From the NCBI GenBank assembly GCA_002269645.1, contig NIVC01003318.1:40233-104232 (forward strand): a stretch of DNA of 64,000 nucleotides, in the 5' to 3' direction. This DNA is from Macrostomum lignano (Eukaryota). The notes below the pieces were generated by a model, which made no database searches, had not been told where the DNA came from, and worked only from the letters and a program-made list of their open reading frames with translations. Of this stretch, positions 36,341 through 50,100 are shown piece by piece. The position numbers were made by a program, and so were the translations under genes. Positions within the stretch are counted from its first letter, which is position 1. The number at the start of each line of letters is the position of its first letter.

Positions 36341-39100
36341 GGGGTCTGTATAAAAGCAGGGCACCATTGGCACATTGGACACCCCTTATGTTAACAAAAA
36401 TCGAGTTTTGATCGTTGTTTTGCTTGAATAAATATACTTTGGCTTTCGAATAAAAATGTAAATATTTATTTATAATTGCACTTTTTCATATACTTCTAAC
36501 AACCATGAGATTGGTAGTATCAACAAGTTTTATTCTACATTTAAATTCATTTCTTATCTTGCTTTATTGTCGAACTACTTTCGGTACGTCATTTTCATTT
36601 ACCTAGTTGGTGCACTTACAGAAAACATAGAAACATTAAATGCCGTTTCTTGTCCTCAATAAACGTTGGAAAAAGTGAGCAGCAGACTAGTTGCAGAATT
36701 TTATTGCCGGACATGGCATATTTGACTATTTGCAGCTGCTCTGGCTTGTTTACTGCCTTTCCATAAATCAACAGCAATGGTGAAAGTGAATCTAATCCTT
36801 CTCTCTCTCTCTCCCATAATGTTAATGTTTGATTTGCTGTTAATATGGATTTTTAAAATCCCCCGTGTCTTAAATAAAAAAACGAATAATTTTTTAAGTT
36901 GTGATTTCCATCAAAATGCAATTAATTAATGTTTTAAAAACATTTAAACTCAATAAATTATTTATTCTCTTATCAAATAGAATCCAACTCTAGAATCTTT
37001 TTCAAGGAAGGAATACTAACTATCCTTAATATTCAATATGCATGATAATAAAGCAGTGCATTACTTTTTCAATTTAGAGAATCTAACAAGGAAATAAATA
37101 TAATTTAGTACAGTACCATTGTAAGCAAAAAACCATAAGTTTACAGGTACAATTTTTTGTAAAGATAGATACAGCGGAAAATTAAAATTTGACAAAAGAA
37201 TACCACAAACACTAAAAATGGGGAGAAAAAGTATTACAAACATTGGCATTAATAAAAAAGTAATAAATATTGCAGCTGAGCAAATGAAATTAGCAATTAA
37301 ACAATGCAATGAGTTAAATGATAAATAACAAAGAAATGCTAAATAACATCTAGCAATGTATATTAAAGCAATTGAAGTGCACTCTGAGTTGAAAGGCTTA
37401 CAACTCATAAAGTACAGTTTAAATGCAATGTAACTTTTTATTTATTTGTAACTTTATAACAATAGAAATCATTACCATAAGCAATTGTATGAAAAGTTGC
37501 TATTAATAGTCTTATGTACTTTATCTCTACTCTAAGAGCTAACTTTCTATAAATATATATGATTCCTTGTATAAAATTAGGGATTCTTTAAAAAATTCAT
37601 GCTGCAATATGCATATATCACACTCTTGACCCAAGAAAATTATTGAATGTGGTCAACCAATTAGCACAAAAAAATTATAGACGGCTGTAATGGTGCAAGT
37701 GGTGTTTCAGCAAAACCACTTAAATTAAAGTTGAAATTTTTGGAGCAGTTACACTAAAGAAAATTATTATTTTATAAAATTAAGAGAGGCTAATAAAATT
37801 AGTAGGGCTTGAATTGAATAATATGCTGTGAAGACTCAAACTTGTAAGCCAAGAAGGCTAGAATTAGGGTTAGCAATTAGGCAATTAGGCGAACTATAGA
37901 CATTAAGGAATGTGTAGGTATTAAATAAATAAATCATGCAGGTGCTAATAGTAGCTTAAAACCTATCACTTGGTCCCTTAGAATGCCATAATTTTGGACA
38001 TTAGAATTAAAATATAGTGTTTTACTGATTGGGAACTTGTTCTTATTGGAAAACTTCTCATAAATATAGAAATATTAATATAAACAATACTAATAAATTT
38101 GCCTATTAAAACTTTGTGGCATTTGTAGGATTTTAGAAGAAGGAAGTATACCCTGCAACATACGTGCAGAATATTTATGTGCTAAAGGATTTAGGTCTGA
38201 AATAAATGAAAATAAATGTTATGTGAAGATGGTTTATATGTTGTTTTTTCAAAGCGTCACATATAAACTTTCAGTAAAAAGACTTCTTGGTCTGTGAGGT
38301 AGATTTTTTACTTATATGCTTGCATTTTTTAACTCATAATTTAAATGATTAGCACAGTTTCTTAAATATCATGACTTGGCAAATTATTCATAATAATGTT
38401 TTCTTAAAAGGATTGTATATAAAGAAGAGACTGTAATTTGAACTTTCACTGAGTAGCTATTCCTTTTTTGTTGGTTTAAATCATACAAAAAGCAATTGAA
38501 CTAATAAAAGAAGAAGCTTGGAAATTATTAATTTAATCATCATCTTACAAAGTAAAAAAAACTTTTTGGGTGCAATTTTTTCATCAAATAATCTGCCAAT
38601 GTATTAACTTTTTTAATATAGAAATACTTGCAATTTGGAATATCCAAAGTTCGTTCTTCATGAAGTAATCCTAACAAAATAAGTTGTGGTTTTTTGATAA
38701 GAGCAGAATGCTTCATCATTTTATGGAAAATTGAGTTCTGACTATTAGTTTGATCATTTCATATATCAGGCATATTTAGCATTAAATCGGTACGCCTGTA
38801 GTACAGAACCTTCGGGGTAGTAAAATCACAGTGTAATAGCATTGCAAGCTGCAGTTTTTGCATGTGCGATTATTTTAAAAAATCGAATGCCAAATTAAAC
38901 ATGTACAAAAAACGATAATACAAAGAATATTTAACAAATCATCTATCACGAAAGCAAGGATGTCATTTTTATTATTATCAATTTTTTAAATTATTTAAAA
39001 GTATCTCCGCAAGTTTATTCTGCATTTTCATATCTAATTTTGTTATAAAAAGGGGTGTCCAATGTGTCCAATGTGCCAGTGCCAGCTTTTATACACACCC
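36341..39100. mobile_element. PIF/Harbinger-like DNA transposon (~2.76 kb), internally decayed
   Basis: Imperfect ~50-bp TIRs: GGGGTCTGTATAAAAGC...CACATTGGACACCCCT versus the reverse complement of 39050-39100. TAA on both flanks (36338-36340, 39101-39103). No intact transposase seen. Confidence 0.62.
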
Positions 39101-41502
39101 TAATTTAAGCTCACTTCGCGGTCAACTCCAGCACCCGAATTTTTAATCAAGCCAGCTGTGTCAGTTGCAAAAATCTGAAAAAATAGAATAGATATAAATT
39201 GCTTTTGGAATTGGTTCAGAGTTTTCAGAAGTGTGACGATTAAATGGCAGACTCAGGATCAAATGACGAAGGCGAATACACGGAGGCAAACTGTGTAGCG
39301 CGGTAGCACTCGATGATATTGACGAATGATGCGGCAATGGCCGCAATTCTTATTTATGTATTATTTATTACTTATTTATGTACCCGTATGTTTGGATAGT
39401 TAAGGCTCGTTTGTTATCAATTCCGTCTGGGTAGTTAATGGAGATGGACCTGCGCGTATTTGCTGAATCCGTATTAATTTAATTAGGAATGCACTAGGCG
39501 GCTGCGCAACAATAAGATAGATGATAGAGCGAGTTGATGAGTCTGAGGCAATGTATAGTTGAGTATGTGGTTTGAGAGATTGACAATGATTAAGTGTCTT
39601 GGTCTAGCAATTCCTAATCAATCATTTGCAATTAATTTGACGATCATTTATTCACATTTTTATGCAGAACAATACATTAAATACAAACAATGCGTTGTTT
39701 TTAGGATCGTCAAGCAGCATAACAATGCAAAGAATCAGCAGTCGCAGCCCGTGACAACGATTTGTCTATTTCTTTCTATTTTTATTTTTATCTATTTACT
39801 GTCTATTTTTATTTCTTTGTTCGCCGATGGCTCAGATAAGTAGCTAAGCTAGTAGGCGCCGGTCACAGTGGACCAATTGCAAGGCAGTTCTCAGTCGACC
39901 AATCTATCAAATCAGTGAGCAAAACTGCCAGAAGTGCAGAATCGGCGCCAGAGATGTACTTTGTGCACTCTAGGGTAGCCAAGCGGCTCGGGTAAATGAA
40001 TCATGCGGTCTCTGAAGTTCGAGTTAGTCTATCATCAGCGCTATGAGAGGCTAGTTGGCGCGTTGAAGGCCAAAAGTACATATCTTCGTATTTAGCAATG
40101 TAATAGTACATGTAGCTACCCCATAGACTCGCCACCGCAAGAATCCCCTGCACAAGTCCCCTCTGTACCTGCATGGCCAACGCGATCTAGTCCCAGCAGT
40201 GTCCCTTATCATCGGCTATGACTTCGAGATTGACAGCAAAAAGACACTAGTTGGCAGGTAAGTGCAAAGCCCCTTCTAGTCGGAAGCCCGATTTCGAGAG
40301 TCCCGGTGTGGTGAGCCAGGGCGCAAGTTAGTTGATCTGCGGATTAGCTAATTTCTACTTTCAAAATTCTCCCTGCTCGTCTCTCGCTGCCCCTCTCTTA
40401 GCTATAGGACCTAGACTGCTCGCCACACGATCAAGCTACCATGGGGCTGACCATCTGACAGGAGTGGGGGGGGGCCAGGTCTCTAATTGATTTATTTCTG
40501 AGCCTGAGGCCCGAAGGCTTCCCTAACAAGGAGCCCGAAGGTCGAAACCCATCAGAGGCGTGGCTTAAGAACTGTGGCGGAGCGAGAGAGAGAGAGGCTT
40601 TTCATATTACCAATTCCAGAATCAGAATCGGTTCGGATCTTCCAAGAAAAACAGCAGTATAACTATTTAATTCTGTTGAATGTTTGACTGCCTTAACAAC
40701 CTCACTTAGCACAATTTTTCACTTTCTTCTTGGCGATTGTCATTCAATAATAAAAACTTTATAGCACGTATCTCCCTCTAGTTATGGAGACAAAAAGTTA
40801 TACTTCACAAATTGGTTCTGGTTCTGGAACCAGAACAAGCAATATGAAAAGGCCAAGAGAGAGAGAGAGAGACGAAGAAGCAGCCGGAGTAGAAAAGAAA
40901 AAGCCTAACCCCGGGCGCCCCAGCCAGACAGGACTGATAACGAGCGGGCTGGGGTGGGTGCACGACAAAAGCTTAATTTCAGGCTAGCATAATATATATA
41001 TGCGCGGCTTTCCTATTGGCCGGCGCGAAAACCAACAAATTAAAAACAGAAAATTGTCGATCGCATTGTCATACATGTAGGCTTACGAACGTCACGCAAA
41101 TGTTGTTAAAATTTCTTGGGAATTACTATAAGCAGACGTTAGAGTACGAGACCATCAAATTAACAACATTATAGAATGGCACTGCTTTCGCTAAAGCGGC
41201 CCTTGTCGGCGCCACCTCAACTGACAAACGTCACAGAAGTAAAATTTTTGAAAAACTGCTGCATGTCACATTGTAGCTGCTCTTTCACATTTAATTGTTA
41301 CATATAGTAACTAACATAGAAATGGATAAATAGATAGAAAAAATATATTCATAAAGCCAATGATTCAAGCTGTAAGTGATATTTGTATGATTTTAAGGCA
41401 ATTGCAGTACATACATGTCATACATACTATCGTAACGAATTATGTTGATAGGATATAAAATTAAGATATAACTGTAAAATCATAATTTTATAAACGAAAA
41501 GA

Positions 41503-43821
41503 TCTCCTATATACTAAAAATGGTCTGTCTGTGTCTATGTGATCGATTAGAGAAAAAATGGCTGGACCGATTTTGTTCGAACTTGCACTGTTCGATCAGA
41601 AATTTTCCCGTGACTGTACATGCATCGTGGCTAAGAAATTTCTCGATGCTAAAGGCATTAAATATTCGAAAAACATGCTTTTTTGCAAAGGTCAAGCAAA
41701 CTTTTCGACTTGAAATGCATTGTAAGAATGCTAGAGAAAAAACTGACTGGTTGAATTCTGATTCTGAAATAGATTGCATCATAACTGAATTGTAACTCCG
41801 ACTTGAATTGAAAATGCAGTGTGGAAGCGTAGCACCAGACTTGATTTAAATTGCGTAACCATATTGTTAACTGATACTGACTGACTGAGAAACTGATTAT
41901 GTCATAACTGCTTCGTGTGATTTACTCTATGCTTGGATTTTAAAGTGTTGAATTATATAAGTGCAAAATTTGATGTTATCAAAACGATGAGAGCTAGCCT
42001 AGAGGTGAACAAACTGAACTGCTAAATGCAGCGACGATGGTTCGAATTTTCATAGAGTACAATTTTTTTAATTAAAACTTTTCAACGTCAGGAAAACTAA
42101 AAGACTTTTTAAAAAGAAGCATCATGTAAAATATCAGAAAAAAGCGTCATATAAAAATCATAGATGCGTCATTTACAAAATCATAGAAGCGTCATGTAAA
42201 CAATCATAGAAGCGTCATGTAAACAATCATAGAAGCGTCATGTAAACAATAATAGAAGCGTCATGTAAAAAATCATAGAAGCGTCATGTAAAAAATCATA
42301 GAAGCGTCATGTAAAAAATCATAGAAGCGCCATGTAAACAATCATAGAAGCGTCATGTAAACAATCATAGAAGCGTCATGTAAACAATCATAGAAGCGTC
42401 ATGTAAAAAATCATAGAAGCGTCATGTAAACAATCATAGAAGCGTCATGTAAAAAATCATAGAAGCGTCATGTAAACAATCATAGAAGCGTCATGTAAAA
42501 AATCATAGAAGCGCCATGTAAACAATCATAGAAGCGTCATGTAAAAATCATAGAAGCGTCATGTAAAAATCATAGAAGCGTCATGTAAACAATCATAGAA
42601 GCGTCATATAAAAATCATAGAAGCCTCATTTAAAAACTAATGAAAGTGTCATTTAAAAATTAAGAAGCATCATGGTACAATAAAAGAAGCATCATGTCAG
42701 ACATGAAGGGTGTCATGTAAAAATTAAATGCAGCTATAATGCTGTGCTGGGGAGAAAAACTGAGACGTAAAGGCTCTCAGAGAATAACTGAGATTACGGG
42801 GGGGGTTGTTTCTGAGATGTCAAAGCAAAAGTCAGAAGCTACTTCAAAGTTCATGTACTTTACTCAATTTTTTATTGCATTCTTTGTTGGCTCGCCACGG
42901 GGGGCGCTGATAGAAGAAGAGTCATGTAAAAAATAAAAGTAGCACTACGTATACATAAAAGAAAAGTCATGTCGAAGTTAAAAGATTCATTTGGGAATTG
43001 CTACGATGTCAAAGCTTGGTGGAAATCGTTATAGTGCTGTGATTCTTAAAGAAGGAATCACTAAAATGTCAAGGCTTAGGGGAGAAGAATTGCTGAGATT
43101 TCAAGGCTTTAGGTTGGGTTAAAGTTAGGTTTAGGTCAGGTGTGGGTTGAGGGTTATATTTTAGCGGGTTTCAAGGTTAACAGAATAACAGGGGATTTTT
43201 TAGATTAGAAGGTTTATGGGGGCCATCGCTGACATGTTAAGGCTTACGGGGGAATAGCTGAGATGGCAAGGTTCACGGGGGTATAAATGAGATTTCAAGG
43301 CTAAAGTCAGAAGCTACATGTAGTTTATTGAAAACTTTTTATTACATTATTTGATGCCTCCTCAGGGGAGGGATCGCTGATAGAAAAAGCGTAATGTAAA
43401 AAATAAAAGAAGCTTCATGTCGAAGTTAAAAGACTCATTTGGGAATCCCTACGATGTCGAGGCTTGCAGGGAATCGCTATAATGCTGTAGTAGTGCTATA
43501 ATGACTCTTAGAGAGAATTACTGAAATTTCAATGCTTTAGGGTTAGGTTAGGGTTAGGGTTAGGGTTAGGGTTAGGCTTAGGCTAGGGTTAGGGTTAGAA
43601 GGTTGACAGATATTTTTAGATTTCCAAGGCTTATTGGGGGCATTGCTGAGATGTCAAGGGGGAAGTTGATATGTTAAAGCTTGTGGGGGGGGAATTACTG
43701 ACATGTCGAGGCTTACAAGGTTTGACAGGAGATTTTTTAAGATTTCAAGGATACATGTAGCTTATTAAAAAAACGTGTATTGCATTTCTTTGGCTCCCCA
43801 ACGGGGGGCGTAGATTGCTAG
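41503..43821 (+). mobile_element. Non-autonomous Helitron (2319 bp)
   Basis: A|TCTCCTATATACTAAAAAATGGTCTGTCTGTG...GGACCGATTTT at the 5' end. GCTCCCCAACGGGGGGC hairpin + CTAG|T at the 3' end. AT target, no TSD. Carries a 23-bp array, an internal ~480-bp duplication and (TTAGGG)n at 43537-43598. Confidence 0.88.
42160..42625. repeat. 23-bp minisatellite (TCATAGAAGCGTCATGTAAA[C/A]AA) inside the Helitron
   Basis: About 20 tandem units. Confidence 0.95.
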
Positions 43822-44173
43822 TATACTACTATCAATTGAGCTATAAGAAAGGCAAGTCATATCAAAGTATGAAAGACTAGGTCTCAAATATTCCGGAACC
43901 GCTAAGATATACGCTACAGGGTCTAAAGCAAGTTTATAAATTTTTGTATTTTTTAGTTTTATTTTATTGTCAAAAATAAAAATAAAACTATAGAAATAAC
44001 CTTTTTAGATTTTTTTAAACTTTAAATATAGCAAATTTTGTTAAAAGTACTTAAGGTTATATTTTGAGCTGGCTATTTTATAGGAAATGCTTTACGCTCA
44101 AATAAACTAACGTCAGTCGTCAAGTCAAGTCAAAAAATATATCAATCGATTGTGTAGTTACTTGGTGAAGCAA

Positions 44174-47100
44174 ATGATTCAAGCAAGAAAGAAAAGTATG
44201 TTGCTTTTATTTCCGTTTTAATTATAAATTGTATTTTTTACTATTTTTATTTTTTACCGATCGAAACATGTATACTATATAGTATATATCTAGGAGTATC
44301 CAAGTCTAGATCTAGGCCTAGCACATTTAATTTAATAAAAAAATGTTTTTAAATTTACAAAATCATTGCAGAAGGCAGACTTAATAGTAGAAATTTCAGT
44401 AGGATTGCTGAATAGCTATAATTTGAGCTTTATTAGTTACTTAAAACTCGCAGGTGGGAAGACAATAAACAATATTTTTACCTTTAAGTTAGGTCTATAC
44501 TATAAAAATAAGACAAGTAATATCAACCATTAATCTCTAATTTATGTTGTGATTGTTTTTGAAACAAAACGAATTTTTTTTGTCCCTTAAAAGAAAGAAA
44601 ATCATTTTACTAAAAGCATTTATTGGACTTCTCCAAGTTTAGATAAAGGACTATAAAAACTGCTACTAATTTATTAACCTTAACTTGCCATAGTCCAGAT
44701 CACGGCAGGTGTATGCCAGAATAAAGATTCTAGTTTTTAAAATTCAATGCCAAAGTTCTATATAAATAAAAAAATTATGACAAGCATGAAGTTGCTTATA
44801 TGCCAACTTTATTTAGAAAGTATCTTTTTTATAAATAAGAGTTTTTCTAAACTAAAAAACATTTGTTCTTTGCTAGAACCTGGTATTCTTTGTTTTACTA
44901 TTGTTTTCCTTCTAAGTTTTGTTATTATTTTCCATTATTTTCTGTTTATTTAAAAAACCTCTTTGATTGATTTTAATTATATTATAGATACTTAGCCTAA
45001 CAATGAACAAATTGCCTATTTTTGTATGCAAAATATATAAACTAATGTTGAATCTGAAAATTATATATGCAAGTGTACACCAAGATTGTCAGCAAGGATA
45101 AAACATGCTGGAAAATTCCAGCATAAAGGCTACCTTCTGGACTATGGTCTCTAACTAGATCTTTAATTGGGAAAATAGCCTTCTTCATAGAAAATTCTGG
45201 CACAAAAAGGGTTAACCATATGTTGCACCAGTGCATTCTAATGCAACAGCAAGCAGGGAGAAAAAATCTGGCACAATATAGCACAAAAATGGTACAATTT
45301 GGTACAAAACAAAGAAAAATGATTTGACAATATTTTTACTAACAAAGTTAGTGCCTTTTTGTTTGCTAGTATATTGATAGCTTTTTTAATTAAACTAAGT
45401 CAACATTGTAGTTTCTATGAAACATATTTAAATAAAATCTATCAATATTTTTTATTTGAAAAATATTGATGACTTTAGGCTTCTATATAATAAAAATGAT
45501 TTGTTAGTAGGTATGGCCTATCTAGATATATGATCAATTTAAAAAAAATGGCTCAAACCAATTTTCTTCAAACTTGCACCATTCAATTAGACATTTTTCT
45601 ATGACAGTATATGCCTCGTGGCTAAGAAATTGCTTGATGCTAAAGGAATTATATATTTGAAAAACATGCTTTTTTGCTAAGGTCAAGCAAAGTTTTCAAC
45701 TTGAAATGCATTGTAAGAATGCTAGAGAAAAACCTAACTGGTTGAATTCTGATTCTAAAATAGATTGTAGCACACTAGGCTTTTTATTTATCTAGTCTTT
45801 GTGTACTAGCTATGTTGAAAATGCAGCATGAAAGCATAGCACAAGACTTGATTTATAGTGTGTAACCCTATTTTGCTAACTTTAATAGCAACTAGTTTTG
45901 ACTTGCCTGAATAATTGATTATGTCATTATTGCTCTGTGTGACATTAACTGATTTGGTGTGAGTATTACATTATATAAGGCTACAAATTCATTTTATAAA
46001 TTTGATGAGAGTTAGCCTAGAGGTGAACAGACTAAACTTCTAATGCAGAAACCTAGGTTCAAGTCTTAGTGGTATAAAATAATTTTTTATTGAAAGATAA
46101 ATCAAGGATTTTTGCACTTATTAAGCCAAGGATTATTGTACTTGATAAACCAAGGATTATTGCATTTGATAAGCCAGGGATTATTGCACTTGATAAACCA
46201 AGGATTACTGCATTTGATAAACCCATGATTATTGAACTTGATAAACCAAGGATTATTGCATTTGATAAACCAAAGATCATTGCACTTGATAAACCAAGGA
46301 TCATTGCACTTAATAAACCAAGGATTATGTTATGCTCCTTCCCGAGTTCTATTAGTTGTACCTAAAATAAACTTGCTGCTCCAGAAGTTGTTAGATTGTA
46401 CCTCTGTACTACCTATCAATTTGCCTAAAAGAAACCTTAAACATTAGCCTTAGACTTGGTAGGGTTGCTGCCACCTTGGTTTGTACACTAAACTTGTCAG
46501 ATGAGTTATCTATCTATAACCTAAAATAAAATATTAAAGTTTCTCAAAGCAAAGCAAATCTGAAAATGTCTCAACAGTTAATTGGCAAAGTTCCTAAAAT
46601 TGTTGCTCAAACCTGAAAACTTGTAAGCCTGAAATGAGAGAAGGGGAGCTCCTTGCAAGTGGAGGCAGAGAGGAGATTCTGGTCTTCTAAGGAACACCTC
46701 TGAGGAAAAAAGCTCCCAGGTGCTCCATATTTATAGCCAAGCAGACCCCCAAAAGTCACATGAGTTTCATGCAGTGAGCACATGAACTTCCTTATTTGGG
46801 CCTCAGAGTCATGTTAAAAAGGTATGCTTCAAGGCCAACTTCCAAATAAGGTAATCATGCCAGGCAACATTGGCGTGACTCAAGGTCAGATGCCACACAC
46901 CATACTGTATGTGTATGCAGTCACATGCTTTAGTGTGCTAAAAATATATTTGGGGGGATGAGTCTTCTGTTTACTCCAAGCAACTATTACACTCCATGCA
47001 TCGGTGGGAAAAACATTGTGTGTAGCTACCTGCATACCAGCTTAGGCGATGAGTCATTAGGCAATAAACACTTAGGCCTAGCACAAGGTATCTCTCCTTA

Positions 47101-50100
47101 GATCAGGCAGACTAAACTGCTGTGCAGCAGAACACAGAGCACCTAGGAAAAGCTAGTGAATGCTGCTAAAAAGCCTGTTTGTAGCCAGTCAGTACAATTA
47201 TTGCACTTGATAAAACAATGATCATTGAACTTTGTAAAACAAAGATTATTGCACTTGACAAGCCAAAGATTATTGCACTTGATAAGCCAAGGATTATTGC
47301 ACTTGATAAGCCAAGGATTATTGCACTTGATAAACCAAGAATTATTGTACTTGATAAGCCAAGGAATATTGCACTTGATAAACCAGGGATCATTCCACAT
47401 TATAAACCAAAGAATTATTGCAATGGCTTTGAAAGGGACTTTTGAACTAGCTGAGATATCAATTTTTGCAATCTTTGCAATCTAGTGAAAGTTTAAAAAA
47501 TAATTTAAGTATTTTATTTTATCCTGTCTAAACTTGAAGAAGTCATTTGAAAAGTTTTTGGTAAAAAAGACTTAGGGCCTAAAAAGTTTTATATATAATA
47601 AATAGAAGAATATTTTATTTAATAGGTCCAACTTAGGTCCAACAAGTATTCAAAAAATGAAATATTAATTTTATAATTATACTTTTATATTAACAGCTAT
47701 TTCCTATTGTAGACTCAATACTTTTTTAATATAATAAGTAAGTCCATGATCTATAGCCATTAGCCCATTTTTCCCACTTTTTATATCATATTTAGGTTTA
47801 ATAATTTATTAAGCTATTGCAATTTTCTATACATATCCTATTTAGATATGCCTAAAACTTTATTAGACCTATCTTAGCCTTAAGCCTATTTTTTTAGCCT
47901 AGCTAAACCATATTTATAACCAGTAAGTATGTGCTTAAATAATTTTTATTATATTTTATGTGATGATTTTAAATGCATTACATCAAAAAACATAGCATGT
48001 GCCAAATTGTTGCTAGTCAATGTCATATATTAGGCTTATATTGAATTTAGACTTACTGCTAAACTATGGCTTATCATAAATTACATATATCTAGTATTTT
48101 AAAATATTGTTTTATTTTATTATTGATAACTAATAAAACTATAAGAGACTATTTATATTGAGATAAGATAGGATATGCTATAAAATTATCAATATAAATT
48201 TAGTTTGGCAATTTAAGTTGGCAAAGTTGTTATAATATTTTTATTGACAGTATAATTTTTATAAGAAATCATTAAAATACTTTGTGTAAATTGATATTAA
48301 TTTTTTGAATCATCCATTTTTTGTTTTGGTATATCTGGGCTTTGGCTGCTAATTCCTAGGTCTTGTTTGTCAATAATCAGATTAATTTAGCATTTGCTAT
48401 TTTTATAGTACTTGAATATTTTTAATTGAAATTTGTGCCTTCGAATAATGCATAAACTATTTTCTATTTCGCACAGAGCTCACTGAAAATGGCCCAATTC
48501 ACGAGCAGCACTTGCAGTCAGGTATTCAATTCTTAGTGAAGTACAGTGGCTCCCAGCTTATTGAAGATATTCGCCCTGGTCAGCAGTTCTCCGCCACTGC
48601 TGTGTCAGCTGCCATTCAAACTCTGCTGGACTTTGTAAGCTGTGTTCATAACAGTAGTTTGTACTTTATACTTTATAACTCTTATTACCATTTATCTCCC
48701 ATATCTTCTCCCATCCCATCTCCCATACCATTTCCCATCCCATCTCCCATACCATTTCCCATCCGATCTCGCATCCCATCTCGCATCCCATCTCCTATCC
48801 CATCTCCTATCCCATCTCCCATCCCATCTCCCATCCCATCTCCTATCCCATCTCGCATACCATCTCCTATCCCATCTTCCATCCCTCCTCCCATTCATTC
48901 TCCCACCCTCTTTATCCCTTCCCATCCCTTCTCCTACTCCTTCATCAATATAAAATTGCACCGCTAGCAGCCCTCAACCCCACCTGGACCAATCAGAATC
49001 GCAAAGCTCGTCACCGGTCTACGCCGGCCGTCCTGACCCTGTCCATCCGGGGCATCGAGCTACGGAGCGTCGCTCCCCAGCCGGACCCCGCGGCCACAGA
49101 CTCTCACTCTGTGTTAGTGAAGTCCGGCATCGAGCGGATTGCCTACTGCACAGCCGATAAGCGAAATAATCGAGTGTTTGGCTTTGTTGCAAGAAATCAG
49201 ATCAACGAAACTGTGGAACTGCATGTCTGCAAATGCGCCAACCAGAAAGAGGTTCGACGATTTTACATGGCTTGTTATAGGCGGGTAGATGGATCCCGGC
49301 CCCGGTAGATTGTAGATAAAGGCGGTAGATTGTAAATAGAGACTGTAGATTGTAGATAGATATGGTAGATTGTAGATAGAGACGGTAGATTGTAGATAGG
49401 GACGGTAGATTATAGATAGAGGTGGTAGATTGTAGATAGAGGTGGTAGATTGTAGATAGATAGAGACGGTAGATTGTAGATAGAGATGGTAGATTGTAGA
49501 TAGAGATGGAAGATTGTAGATAGAGGTGCTAGATTGTAGATAGGGACAATAGATTATAGATAGAGATGGTAGATTATAGATAGAGATGGTAGATTGTAGA
49601 TAGAGATGCTAGATTATAGATAGAGATGGTAGATTATAGATAGAGATGGTAGATTGTAGATAGAGATGCTAGATTATAGATAGAGATGGAAGATTGTAGA
49701 TAGAGGTGCTAGATTGTAGATAGGGACAATAGATTATAGATAGAGATGGTAGATTATAGATAGAGATGCTAGATTGTAGATAGAGATGCTAGATTGTAGA
49801 TAGAGATGCTAGATTGTAGATAGAGATGCTAGATTGTAGATAGAGATGCTAGATTGTAGATAGAGATGCTAGATTGTAGATAGAGATGATAGATTCTAGA
49901 TAGAGACGGTAGATTGTAGATAGAGATTGTAGATTGTAGATAGAGATGGTAGATTGTAGATAGAGATGGTAGATTGTAGATAGAGATGGTAGATTGTAGA
50001 TAGAGATGGTAGATTGTAGATAGAGATGCTAGATTGTAGATAGAGATGCTAGATTGTAGATAGAGATGCTAGATTGTAGATAGAGATGCTAGATTGTAGA

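Noticed and set aside
40495-40560. Hammerhead-like GCCCGAAGG hairpins followed by GAAAC
   Set aside because: The CUGANGA core is absent upstream of the stem.
39760-40967. Possible solo LTR ending ...GTGCACGACA
   Set aside because: No matching TG start with a target-site duplication could be found; boundaries are unsupported.
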